A DNA stretch of 64,000 nucleotides from Sorangiineae bacterium NIC37A_2. Its GTDB lineage: Bacteria > Myxococcota_A > Polyangia > Polyangiales > Polyangiaceae. Position numbers and translations under genes: made by a program. Below the pieces are notes generated by a model. The model made no database searches and was not told the DNA's origin. It saw nothing but the letters and a program-made list of their open reading frames with translations. This document shows positions 33,136 through 42,216 of this stretch, piece after piece (within the stretch, counting starts at the first letter, position 1; each line of letters opens with the position of its first letter). The stretch spans positions 59,323 through 123,322 of the forward strand of contig NASX01000009.1 in the NCBI GenBank assembly GCA_002085155.1. Direction: 5' to 3'.

Positions 33136-36080
33136 GGAGGCGGCGGGCCGGCGTTGGCACTGCGCCTGAGGTTCGGTCCGCCCCGCGCGAGCAGCGCCAG
33201 CACAAAAATCAAAAGCACAGCCGTTGAGATGGAGAGGACAGCGGCCGGATCGCTCAGGCCCTGACCGTGCTCGAGGCCGAGCGCTCCGGTCAGGGTTTCA
33301 CTTTCCGTGTGAGCCAGGGCGCAGCGAAAGTACCCCCCGTCGATGAAGTCTGGCAGGCGATCAGGGGTGCCCGGGCCGAGCGCGATGTTCCAGGCGGGGT
33401 CTTCTTGCGCCGCGAGACGCTCGGGGCGGATCACTCCTTGGAAGCCCCAGCGCGCCGGGATGACGAGCATGGGCCATTTGAGCCAAGGGACGGTCGTCAC
33501 GGGCACCATCAGCCCTCCGAGCACAACCTGGGGGATGAGCGCGATCGGAGTGAGCGCCATGGCTGCTTCGCTCGTCTTGACCAGGCTCGAAATGAGGAGG
33601 CCGAGAGCTACCGAGCAGATGGCCGTGAGACAAAGAATCCCCAGCTCCGTTCCAAAGGCCGGCGCGCCTCCCCCTAGATCCAGCAGGAACCAGAGCAAGC
33701 TGAGGAGCGCTCCACACTGCAGGATCGAGAGCAGGGACAGCACGATGAACTTTGAGGCGATGTAGTTCGTGGCGCTCAGGTGCACCATGCGCTCGCGCGC
33801 GTAAATGGCGCGTTCGGACACGATCTCCCGCGCCGCGTTGCTCGTTCCGAACCAAATGGCGCTCACGACCATGAAGAAGAGCGCCGGAGCTCGGTCGGTT
33901 GCGGGCAAGATACGCTCGGGCAGGCCCGACAGATCGATGTCTTGTCCGGCCAGGGCTCGGAGCTCATCGAGCGCTCCGTAACACCACGCGGGCGCCGCCG
34001 GCTTCTGATCTCCGAACACGAGCCCGAGGAGCACGCCGATCAGGGGCGCCTGGAGGAGCAGGATCGCAGTGCTCACAGAGTCGCGGAGTTTGATTTTGGT
34101 GTAGCGCGCGATCAGGATGCCGAGGGCGCGCAGGCTTCGGGCCCGGCGTGGAGCGGCCTCGTGCGCGACGTCGGAGGAGAGGGGAGCCCGGCGCCCGCTT
34201 CGCATCTCCCGAGCGATGGTGGAGGCCTCGTATTCTTCCCGGAACAGTGCGGAGACGGCGGCTCTTGCCTGAGCGGGTTCCATGTCAAGCTTCTTCTGAC
34301 GCTCGCGCAGCTCCGCGAACATGTCGCGGGGATTGTCGATGTGTGCCCGCTCGAGGGGCGGACGCCAGGATTCGAAGAAGGCGTAGGCCGCGGTGGTCGG
34401 CCCGAAGTAGAGCGGGACGCCGCCAGGCCCGAGGATCAGGGCGAGGTTGAAACGTTCGTATTCGCGGCGCGCTGGTTGATGGATGGTCGCGATGATGGTC
34501 TTGCCGCCTTGGCTGGCGAGACGCTCGAGGAGGAGCACGAGCTGAGCTGTGTCGTCGGCCGCGAGCCCGCTCGTGGGTTCGTCGAGGAACAGCAGGACGG
34601 GGTCCGTGACCAGCTCCATCGCGATGTTGACCCGCTTGCGCTGGCCGCCGCTCAAGACCTTGGCGTCGGGCTTGCCGATGCGGAGGTGAGCCACGTCGAG
34701 CAAGCCGAGCTCTTCCAGCGTGCGCGTGACGCGGGCGTCAATCTCTTCCGGGCTGTAGTCCGCCGGCAGGCGGAGCCGGGCGCTATAAGTCACGGCCTCA
34801 CGCACCGTGAGCTCTGGGTGCACGATATCGTCCTGCGGAACGTAGCCGATGCTTCCGCGCAGCGAGCTGAAGACTGCCTCGAGGGGGCGCCCGTTGACCC
34901 GAATCTGTCCAGAGGTCGGTGCGAGGGCGCCGGTGAGCGTGTGCAAGAGGGTCGTCTTGCCGGCTCCGCTCGGCCCCATGAGCGCGATCAGGTCGCCCGG
35001 GAGCGCCTTGAAGCTGACACGGTCGAGCAGAACCTTCGACTGGTCGGGTCGGAGTCGATCAGGCACGACGATCGTGACTTCATGGGCTTCGATCTCGAAG
35101 GAGGGCTTCAGAGCAAAGCCCTCTTCGTCAATCACGGCGAGCGTCACCGCATCGCCGTCGACGCCGAGGCGAGTCGCGATGGGTCCGAGATGGATCTCGG
35201 CGCCCGCTTCGACGACGCGGCGTTCAAAAGGACGAAGACGGGCTCCCTGGACTAACGTCCCGAGGTCGCTCCCGGCGTCCTCGAGCAGGATCTGTCCGTG
35301 GGAAACGATCAGGGTCGCGTGGTGGGCCGAGATTTGGGGGTATTCAATGACAATGTCGGCATCCCGTGAGCGTCCGATCCGAAATGAGCGCGCCTTGGCC
35401 ATCTGAACGGACCCGACCACCGTGTGGTGACGGCGCCTCGGCGCGCTCGCGGCGGCTGAGTTCGCGCCGCCGAAGGTCGGATGCACGGGTTCTGCGGGAG
35501 GGCCGAGACCGTGCTCGTGGAGCTCGGTGAGGGCGCGGATCGACAGGACCGTCGAACCGAGCGCGATGATCGCGTCCGGCTCGACCGTGGTGGCCTCGTG
35601 GGGTGGGAGCAAGCGCTCCCCGACGCGGGTGCCGCTCGTGGAGCCGTGATCTTCGATCGTGACCGGCGCTCCCGGGAAGGGCGGGAACTGAACGGTAGCG
35701 TGACGGTTCGAGACGCTTGGATCGAGGAAGTAGAGATGACACTCGGAGGGCTCCCGACCGAGCACGATTTCCCCGAGGGTAAATGGGAGCTCCCCGCGTC
35801 GACACTGCATCTTGAGCAGCACAGGATGCAAGGGATCGAGAAGTGAGCGATGCGTTTGATAGACCGCGAGCGGGTCGAGGCGAAAGGGCTCACTGCCGCA
35901 GGGGACACCGTTCTTCTGCCAGTCACTACCCGGCGCGGGTACGAGCGTCAGTACACCACCGCCGCTGTGCACGACCTCGCCCTCCAGAGGTAAGACCGCG
36001 TCTCCGAGCAGCCGAATATCACAGCTGTCCCGCGAGCCGATGGTGATGGTCTGTACACCGAGGCGGACTTTTGAGGTCAT
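33120..36080 (-). CDS. ABC transporter (ATPase + ABC-2/ABCG-type permease) with an N-terminal FHA-domain array
   Basis: There are two canonical FHA domains (LGREPSECHLYFLDPSVSNRHATVQF...IEDHGSTSGTRV and IGRSRDADIVIEYPQISAHHATLIV...LEDAGSDLGTLV) plus a degenerate one at the N-terminus. Walker A is GPSGAGKTTLLHTL, the signature is LSGGQRKRVNIAMEL, and Walker B is LLFLDEPTSGL. The C-terminal half has ~6 TM. Confidence 0.85.
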   Translation of the reverse strand: MTSKVRLGVQTITIGSRDSCDIRLLGDAVLPLEGEVVHSGGGVLTLVPAPGSDWQKNGVPCGSEPFRLDPLAVYQTHRSLLDPLHPVLLKMQCRRGELPFTLGEIVLGREPSECHLYFLDPSVSNRHATVQFPPFPGAPVTIEDHGSTSGTRVGERLLPPHEATTVEPDAIIALGSTVLSIRALTELHEHGLGPPAEPVHPTFGGANSAAASAPRRRHHTVVGSVQMAKARSFRIGRSRDADIVIEYPQISAHHATLIVSHGQILLEDAGSDLGTLVQGARLRPFERRVVEAGAEIHLGPIATRLGVDGDAVTLAVIDEEGFALKPSFEIEAHEVTIVVPDRLRPDQSKVLLDRVSFKALPGDLIALMGPSGAGKTTLLHTLTGALAPTSGQIRVNGRPLEAVFSSLRGSIGYVPQDDIVHPELTVREAVTYSARLRLPADYSPEEIDARVTRTLEELGLLDVAHLRIGKPDAKVLSGGQRKRVNIAMELVTDPVLLFLDEPTSGLAADDTAQLVLLLERLASQGGKTIIATIHQPARREYERFNLALILGPGGVPLYFGPTTAAYAFFESWRPPLERAHIDNPRDMFAELRERQKKLDMEPAQARAAVSALFREEYEASTIAREMRSGRRAPLSSDVAHEAAPRRARSLRALGILIARYTKIKLRDSVSTAILLLQAPLIGVLLGLVFGDQKPAAPAWCYGALDELRALAGQDIDLSGLPERILPATDRAPALFFMVVSAIWFGTSNAAREIVSERAIYARERMVHLSATNYIASKFIVLSLLSILQCGALLSLLWFLLDLGGGAPAFGTELGILCLTAICSVALGLLISSLVKTSEAAMALTPIALIPQVVLGGLMVPVTTVPWLKWPMLVIPARWGFQGVIRPERLAAQEDPAWNIALGPGTPDRLPDFIDGGYFRCALAHTESETLTGALGLEHGQGLSDPAAVLSISTAVLLIFVLALLARGGPNLRRSANAGPPPPQTRG

Positions 36081-38170
36081 GGACGGATGAACTCGACGCG
36101 GAGAGATTCAGGGCCGAGCTCAATCGTATCTTCGTCTCGAACCTCGACGAACTTTCCTGGGGCGATGCGCTCACCGCGGACGCGGGTCCCGGAGTGCGAG
36201 TTCTCATCGCGCACGAGCAGAGTGCTGCCTTCGATGCGGAAGGTCGCGTGCACCCCGGAGACCTGCGGATGACTGAGGACGGCCGTCGCGCGAGAGCCAT
36301 CGCGGCCAATCGTGAGTTCACTGTCGGGGAGAACGGTGAAGCGCTCATTTTTCCCGCGCAGGACCACCCGCGCCATCGGCTGTGGCTCCTTGCGCGGGCC
36401 TCTCTGACTGATCGGAGCCGGTGTGAGGTACGGGGAGCCTTCGATGCGGATTCCGGAGTAGGTTGTGAGCGCCGTCCTGCGCCTCGAGATCAAACGAGCG
36501 AGCCCAAACCAGATCAGCGTGAGGATGATCGCCGCCGCCCCGCCGAGGGCCCAATACCAGAACTTCGGGATCGGGCGCTTCATGGCTTTGACCTCGATAG
36601 CTGTGCCGGCGGTGAGGCCGCTCGAGCGCTTTGCTTTGCGGTCGACGATCACGAAACGGGCTGCCTGTCGCTCCCCGGCTCCGTGCAGGATGCGATCGGT
36701 GTCCGGGACGCGGAACTCGGCGAAGGCTTCATTGGCTGCGACAGCAGGGCTCCTCATATCGAGGGCGATCAGACGCTTGCGCACGTCCTCGTAGGAGTTA
36801 CTGCCGCTGGTTTGCAGAGAGTCGGGCAGAGTCTCACCGGGCGGCAGGAAATAGACCTCCGGGCGGCTCAGGTCGCCGCCCCAGCAGAACTGCCCGAACA
36901 CCTTGAAGGTTGAGCCGGGAAAAAGCCCTCCAGCCGCGTCAATCTCACGGCGCGTCGTCGCGAGATCGACATCGAGAGGCCAGCTCGCCGGATCGAAACC
37001 GAGCGGCACGTCCTTGAAGGAGGAGTCGCCGACAATGGGCGGGTCGGCGGCAGGGAAGATCAAAGAAAGCGACTGGGTGAGGGTGCTCGCGACGCAGGCG
37101 AGCCGGAACCTCGCCACTAGGAGCGACGCGAAGCGCGCTCGAACCGCATCGACGATGCGCGGGGCGCGGGCGGACTGGCCCTTCTGAACCACGCTGAAAA
37201 AACCCCCGATCTCCGGGTTCGCCAGGTTGCGCATGAAGTCGCTGGCGAGCTGCGCGTGTTCAGCGTAGCCCGTGGGGGGAGTCATGATGGCGATCGTCGG
37301 GAGCGGCAGCTTGGGCAGGAGCGCGTCGCCTTCGCCGAACTTTCCTGCGGTGAGGTAGCGAGAGAGCTCGGCCGCGCCGGGGCCTGTTGTCGCGGGGTCA
37401 CCGCCGCCGTAGCCGCTCGAGAGGAAGAGAACCGCCTGATGGAGCGGGAGGCGCATCCCGCTCGGCGGAGAGAGGGTGCGGAAGGCGTCCTGGATTGTGC
37501 GCTTGAGCAGGGTGAGCAGGGGGCGCGTTCTGTCCCGCGATTTGACGACATCACGCGTCTTGCTGAGAACACTCTCCGCCGCGTCTCGCCCCGACTGCGT
37601 CTGCCAGCCGCTATCGCCGATGACCTGTTTCTCTCCGAGGACGACGACGTTGACGAGATCGGTCGCGGCGAGAGCCGAGACAAAGGCGCTTGCGACGCGA
37701 TGGAGCTCTTGGAAACCTGGTTTGCCCCGCTCGTCGGCGTCGAGCACGATGAGCCAAGCGGTGCCGATGCCGGGCTCGTGAACCGCGTCGCCGAAACGGG
37801 TCACGCTTTCGAGCTTGGCCGGGAACTCTTCGCCGTCGATGCGCACGGTGAGCAGAGTCTGCTCAGCGGGCATCTTGTAGGGGCGATACAGGGCCTGGGG
37901 CGCCTCGAGAGCATCGCTCTCGCAGTTCAGCGCCTCGGTGCCGGTCAGTCCGGCGCAGTGCCCTGTTACTTCACTGATGCGTCGGGCCTCGCTGAGATCG
38001 ACGATCGTCGTCAGGATCGGGGCGCCGCTGCTCGTAACAGTCTCCGGATCGACACGTAGGATCCTCGCTGCGGGGGTCGCGAAGGCGACCGCCGGCAGCA
38101 GCATGAAAATGGCCCAACAAATGGCGCCGACGGAGCGCATAGCGGCCAAGTATAGGTGAGGATCGGGCAT
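36077..38170 (-). CDS. Bitopic membrane protein: periplasmic vWA-like domain, one TM, cytoplasmic C-terminal FHA domain
   Basis: The signal peptide is MRSVGAICWAIFMLLPAVAFA. vWA-like beta-alpha-beta segments (AWLIVLDADERG..., VNVVVLG, AVLFLSSGYGG) lack a DxSxS MIDAS. The TM is WYWALGGAAAIILTLIWFGLARLI. The FHA is TIGRDGSRATAVLSHPQVSGVHATFRIEGSTLLVRDENSHSGTRV. An ATGA overlap links it to the ABC gene. Confidence 0.7.
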   Translation of the reverse strand: MPDPHLYLAAMRSVGAICWAIFMLLPAVAFATPAARILRVDPETVTSSGAPILTTIVDLSEARRISEVTGHCAGLTGTEALNCESDALEAPQALYRPYKMPAEQTLLTVRIDGEEFPAKLESVTRFGDAVHEPGIGTAWLIVLDADERGKPGFQELHRVASAFVSALAATDLVNVVVLGEKQVIGDSGWQTQSGRDAAESVLSKTRDVVKSRDRTRPLLTLLKRTIQDAFRTLSPPSGMRLPLHQAVLFLSSGYGGGDPATTGPGAAELSRYLTAGKFGEGDALLPKLPLPTIAIMTPPTGYAEHAQLASDFMRNLANPEIGGFFSVVQKGQSARAPRIVDAVRARFASLLVARFRLACVASTLTQSLSLIFPAADPPIVGDSSFKDVPLGFDPASWPLDVDLATTRREIDAAGGLFPGSTFKVFGQFCWGGDLSRPEVYFLPPGETLPDSLQTSGSNSYEDVRKRLIALDMRSPAVAANEAFAEFRVPDTDRILHGAGERQAARFVIVDRKAKRSSGLTAGTAIEVKAMKRPIPKFWYWALGGAAAIILTLIWFGLARLISRRRTALTTYSGIRIEGSPYLTPAPISQRGPRKEPQPMARVVLRGKNERFTVLPDSELTIGRDGSRATAVLSHPQVSGVHATFRIEGSTLLVRDENSHSGTRVRGERIAPGKFVEVRDEDTIELGPESLRVEFIRP

Positions 38171-38220
38171 TCGACCCCAATTCTTGGGATCGAATGATTC
38201 CGGGGAGCGAAAAGGAACGA

Positions 38221-38601
38221 TTACTGAGCGGAGTTTCCGCGCTCGAGCTTCGCGCGAACGCGAGCCTTCTTGCCGGTCAGCTCGCGCAGGTAGAACAGGC
38301 GGGCGCGACGCACGATGCCGCGAGCCTCCACCTCAATCTTTTCGATGCGCGGGGAGTGCAGGACGAAGGTCCTCTCGACGCCGACGCCGAAGCTGTTCTT
38401 GCGCACGGTGAACGTGGAGCGAGCGCCAGCGCGGTGCCTCTTGATGACGAGGCCCTTGAAGAGCTGAACGCGCGTCTTGTCGCCTTCGACGATGCGGTAG
38501 TGGACAGCAACCGTGTCCCCGACGCGGAACTGGGGGAGATCAGTACGGAGGTACTGAGACTCGAGCTTTTCGATGAGGGTTCCGCGGGCTTCTGTGGTCA
38601 T
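38221..38601 (-). CDS. rplS: 50S ribosomal protein L19
   Basis: [97 protein letters not shown] 38601 fits the family length. Confidence 0.9.
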   Translation of the reverse strand: MTTEARGTLIEKLESQYLRTDLPQFRVGDTVAVHYRIVEGDKTRVQLFKGLVIKRHRAGARSTFTVRKNSFGVGVERTFVLHSPRIEKIEVEARGIVRRARLFYLRELTGKKARVRAKLERGNSAQ

Positions 38602-38693
38602 GTTGAAGAGCTCCAAGGGAAGGAGGGGGCGGTAAGTATGCACTTCGGGAGGGGTTCGTCAACCGATCGCAGCTCGGATCGGCAGGGAAATGG

Positions 38694-39392
38694 TCAATGC
38701 CGTTCGTCTTGGAGGATTTTGCAGCCCGAAACTTCGGTCACCATGACGTTCTTCTCGACCACCCCATCGGAATTTGATGGGGTTGCAAACTTGTCGGTGG
38801 GAGCCCAGCGAAGTTTGGGGTCCGACCACTCGGCCAAGAAGGACGCCTTGCAGGAGACGATGAAGCGGGCGAGCTTGGTCTCTGCGACGCCTTGAGGGGG
38901 CTCATCGTGGAGGCGCGTGGCGATTTCCGGCTGGGCCCAGAGCCCGGAGGCGTAGAGCAGAAGGCCGTCCGTGGTTCGGTAAGGCTGCAGGATCGTCGCC
39001 TTGTTGTCATCGACCGGCGCGTCCTCGGGCCGGGGGAATGGTTCGCCATTGCTCTTGAACTCGCAGTGAGCGCCGCTCGGGGCGACTCGGTCGTCTGCGC
39101 AGGCGAGCTTCCTGTAATCGGCGGTGATGACCGTGAGATGCAGCTCCTGGCTGCTGCCCACCTTCCAGGAAGAGCGCGCTGCCGAAGTGGGAGACTTGCG
39201 CGTGATGAGGGCGCTCAAAGGACTCACCGGCACGATCACCATCCCCGCGGTCAGGATCGCGGCGATCAGAAGCCGACCACTGAAGACCTCGTTTTCGGGC
39301 TCCGGGGTCTTGGGCTTCGAAGCGCCCGACTTCTTCTTTTTCGGGGCGGGCGCCGTCTGGGCGGCGGGAGCGTCCTTCTCTATCTCGGCCAT
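38694..39392 (-). CDS. Hypothetical single-pass membrane protein
   Basis: It has a Lys/Pro-rich N-terminus, the TM LLIAAILTAGMVIVPVSPL, and a ~160-aa extracytoplasmic domain with 4 Cys. No known motif. Confidence 0.45.
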   Translation of the reverse strand: MAEIEKDAPAAQTAPAPKKKKSGASKPKTPEPENEVFSGRLLIAAILTAGMVIVPVSPLSALITRKSPTSAARSSWKVGSSQELHLTVITADYRKLACADDRVAPSGAHCEFKSNGEPFPRPEDAPVDDNKATILQPYRTTDGLLLYASGLWAQPEIATRLHDEPPQGVAETKLARFIVSCKASFLAEWSDPKLRWAPTDKFATPSNSDGVVEKNVMVTEVSGCKILQDERH

Positions 39393-39548
39393 TGGCCGCG
39401 ATTCTTATCACGACCTGCCAAAACCGCGGCTCCCTTTTTTCTTCGGCGCACCCGGGCGGCCGTGGATGAGCCAGCGGGCCGAGTCTCCGGCGCAGTCCGG
39501 GGGACCGGGGCGCCTCTCAGGGGCGGGCCGGAGCTCGGGGGGGCTGAA

Positions 39549-40325
39549 TCAGAGGCAGTCGAAAAACGCCTGCTCGTGGAGGAGCGCGCCGAGGACCTCA
39601 TGCCCTTTGGGGCCGGGGTGGAGTCCGTCCGGGCGGCGCATCTCGAAGTCGGGGCACAGCTTCTCAGGCTCGCCGCAGCTGAGGCGCGGATAGGCGTCGA
39701 CCGCTACGTCGAGTGTGCCGCGGCTCACCTGTCCGAGGATGAAAGCGTTGAGCGCCCGGGTATTTTCTCCGCGCTCCGCCGTGAAGTAGCGAGCGAAACC
39801 TCCCCAAGGCAAAACTGTCACGCCCACGGTCCGAAGGCCCGTGCTCCGAGCCTTCTCATAGATCGCAAGCAGGGATTGCTCGATGCGGTCGTTGGTTCGG
39901 GACGCCGTGATGTTGCTGTAAAGATCGTTCACCCCGCCGAACACGATCAGAGTGTCGAGCCCGAGGCGCTCTCGGGCAGGCAAGAGATCTCGCTCGAGGC
40001 GCACCAGCATCTGGTTGGTCATGTCCCCGCCCTTGCCGAAGTCGTAGAAGGAGCTCTTGGGACAGGCCTGTCGGAGATAGGCGAGATAACGCCCGCCGCC
40101 GACCCTTTCGTCGGTGATTGAGTCGCCGAGGGCGGCGACTCTGTAGATGCGTCTCGGAAGCTCTGCAGGAGGGGCCGGAGCCTCAGGGGGCTCGGCCACA
40201 CTCTCAGGGGCGCGCACTTTTGCGGGAGCGCCGGGAGTCTCGATCGGGCGCGGCGGTTCTTCGCGGACGCGGCAGCCCGACCCGACGCACAAAAGGGCGA
40301 TCGAGAGTGAGAGCAGACGTCGCAT
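39549..40325 (-). CDS. SGNH/GDSL-family hydrolase lipoprotein
   Basis: The lipobox is MRRLLSLSIALLCVGSGC. Block I is VAALGDSITDE, block III is FGGVNDL, and block V is DGLHPGPKGHEVL. Confidence 0.75.
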   Translation of the reverse strand: MRRLLSLSIALLCVGSGCRVREEPPRPIETPGAPAKVRAPESVAEPPEAPAPPAELPRRIYRVAALGDSITDERVGGGRYLAYLRQACPKSSFYDFGKGGDMTNQMLVRLERDLLPARERLGLDTLIVFGGVNDLYSNITASRTNDRIEQSLLAIYEKARSTGLRTVGVTVLPWGGFARYFTAERGENTRALNAFILGQVSRGTLDVAVDAYPRLSCGEPEKLCPDFEMRRPDGLHPGPKGHEVLGALLHEQAFFDCL

Positions 40326-40335
40326 CTCGGGTCCC

Positions 40336-42078
40336 TCACATGCGGGCGGGCGCCCGGATCCCCAGGAGGCCGAGGCCGCGCTCGAGCTGACGCGCGGTGA
40401 GCGCTGCCAAGGTGAGTCGGCTCTTCTGGAGAGCCCCCTCGGCCTTCAAGATCGGACACGCCTCGTAGAAGGACATAAACGCCTTGGCCAAAGCGAACAG
40501 ATGGTCGGTGAGCAGGTGAGGTTGGTGGGTGCGACCGGCGGCCTCGACCGCTTCGCCAAAACGAGCGAGCGTCTTGGCGAGCTCGAAGGCAGCTTCCTCT
40601 CCCAGGTCGAGCTCGTGGTTCGGCTCCCGGATCGTCTCGCCTGCCTTGTCGAAGATCGCGGCGACTCGCGCGTAGGCGTACTGGAGATAAGGGCCGGCGT
40701 TGCCCTGAAAACTCACCATCTTATCCCAGTCAAACTGGTAGTCGCTCCGGCGATTTTGCCGAAGATCGGCGTATTTCACCGCGCCGATGCCGACCGCTTC
40801 CGCGACGTCGTCAATGGCGCTCGGGTCGAGGCGCAGCTTGCCTTCAGCGATGCCCTCTTCGATGCGACTTCTGGCTCGGGCAACAGCTTCGTCGAGCAGC
40901 GACGAGAGAGTTACGGCAACGCCGTCTCGCGTCTTGAGGGGTTTGCCGTTCTCGTCGAGGATCGTCCCGAAGGAGATGTGGTGGGGTTTGGCGCGGACAC
41001 CGAGCAGCGCGCCGAGGGCAAAAAGCTGCTCGAAGTGATTCGCCTGACGCGCATCGACGACGTAGAGGATCTCGTCGGCGCCGAGCACGCTATCCCTGTA
41101 AAAAAGAGCGGCGAGATCGGTCGTCGCGTAGAGGAACGCGCCATCTTTCTTTCGGATCAGGAAGGGCTCAGCCTGCTTCTTGAGACGGTCCGGCGCCCCT
41201 TCGATCTCTGGCCAGAACACGCCGATCGCGCCCTGGTCTTCTCGGGCGAGCCCGCTTCCGATCGCGCGTTCGACCACACCGGGTAGATCATCGTTGTACG
41301 CGCTCTCTCCGCGCCAAGAATCAAACGTCACCCCGAGTCGCGCGTAGACGCGGTCGAGTTCGGCGCGGGTCGTGTCGACGAACCTCCTCCAAAGGGCGAG
41401 ATTCTCCTCGTTGCCAGCTTGGAGTGCGGCGAGTTCAGCGCGCGCTCGTTCGGCGAAGGCTTCGTCCTCTTTCGCTCGCTGGGACGCGGCCTTGTAGATC
41501 CGCTCGAGCTCAGCGATCGGCGACTCGGAGAGGGCGGCTGCGTCGCCGAACTCCCGCATGCCCGTGAGCAGGAGCCCGTATTGCGTGCCCCAGTCGCCGA
41601 TATGATTGACGCCGGTCACCTCGTGGCCGAGAGCGCGGAGGATTCGGATCAGCGCGTCGCCGAGGATGGTCGAGCGGAGATGCCCGACGTGCATTTGCTT
41701 GGCGATGTTCGGGCTCGAAAAGTCGACGACGATGCGCTCCTTGGACGACAGCTGCGGGATCCCGTCGTGCTCGAGGTCGAGGACATCACGGCGGAGCTGC
41801 TCGGCCAGCCAGGCGCGCTCAAGGGTCAAGTTGACGAACCCGGGCCCCGCCACTTCGACCCGGCAGAAGGCAGGGACGCGCCGCAGCTCTTCGGCGATAG
41901 TCCCGGCGATTTCGCGCGGGTTCTTCTTGAGCTCCTTGGCGAGACTCAGCGCCGCGTTGACTTGGTAGTCACCGTGGGCCGGGTCGGCGGTGGGCCTGAG
42001 CTGGGGGGGGACATCGAGCCCAGTCGCGGCGCGCACCGCGTCTTGGGCCAGGGTCTCGAGGGTTTTTTCGAGTTGCAT
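40336..42078 (-). CDS. argS: Arginine--tRNA ligase
   Basis: The HIGH-type motif is SPNIAKQMHVGHLRSTILGDAL. The N-terminal Arg-tRNA-synthetase domain has HGDYQVNAALSLAK. The C-terminal anticodon-binding domain ends in ...LLGIRAPARM. Confidence 0.93.
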   Translation of the reverse strand: MQLEKTLETLAQDAVRAATGLDVPPQLRPTADPAHGDYQVNAALSLAKELKKNPREIAGTIAEELRRVPAFCRVEVAGPGFVNLTLERAWLAEQLRRDVLDLEHDGIPQLSSKERIVVDFSSPNIAKQMHVGHLRSTILGDALIRILRALGHEVTGVNHIGDWGTQYGLLLTGMREFGDAAALSESPIAELERIYKAASQRAKEDEAFAERARAELAALQAGNEENLALWRRFVDTTRAELDRVYARLGVTFDSWRGESAYNDDLPGVVERAIGSGLAREDQGAIGVFWPEIEGAPDRLKKQAEPFLIRKKDGAFLYATTDLAALFYRDSVLGADEILYVVDARQANHFEQLFALGALLGVRAKPHHISFGTILDENGKPLKTRDGVAVTLSSLLDEAVARARSRIEEGIAEGKLRLDPSAIDDVAEAVGIGAVKYADLRQNRRSDYQFDWDKMVSFQGNAGPYLQYAYARVAAIFDKAGETIREPNHELDLGEEAAFELAKTLARFGEAVEAAGRTHQPHLLTDHLFALAKAFMSFYEACPILKAEGALQKSRLTLAALTARQLERGLGLLGIRAPARM

Positions 42079-42216
42079 CGCTCCGACGAACGCCTTTCGC
42101 CGAGGAAACCGGCGACTTCGGTCCTTTAGGGGCTCCTCGCTCCAAGTTCCAGCTCTTTCTTAGGGATCGAGCTATCGTACTGGCCAAGCCCTGGTCATCG
42201 AGGCAAAAGCCTGCGC

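Noticed and set aside
33780-35255. 491-aa plus-strand ORF
   Set aside because: It is antisense to the FHA-ABC transporter gene, whose Walker A, signature and Walker B motifs fix the true strand.
38892-41286. 409-aa (38892-40121) and 379-aa (40147-41286) plus-strand ORFs
   Set aside because: They are antisense to the membrane-protein, SGNH hydrolase and argS genes. Their composition is Arg/Gly-rich and they have no recognisable domains.
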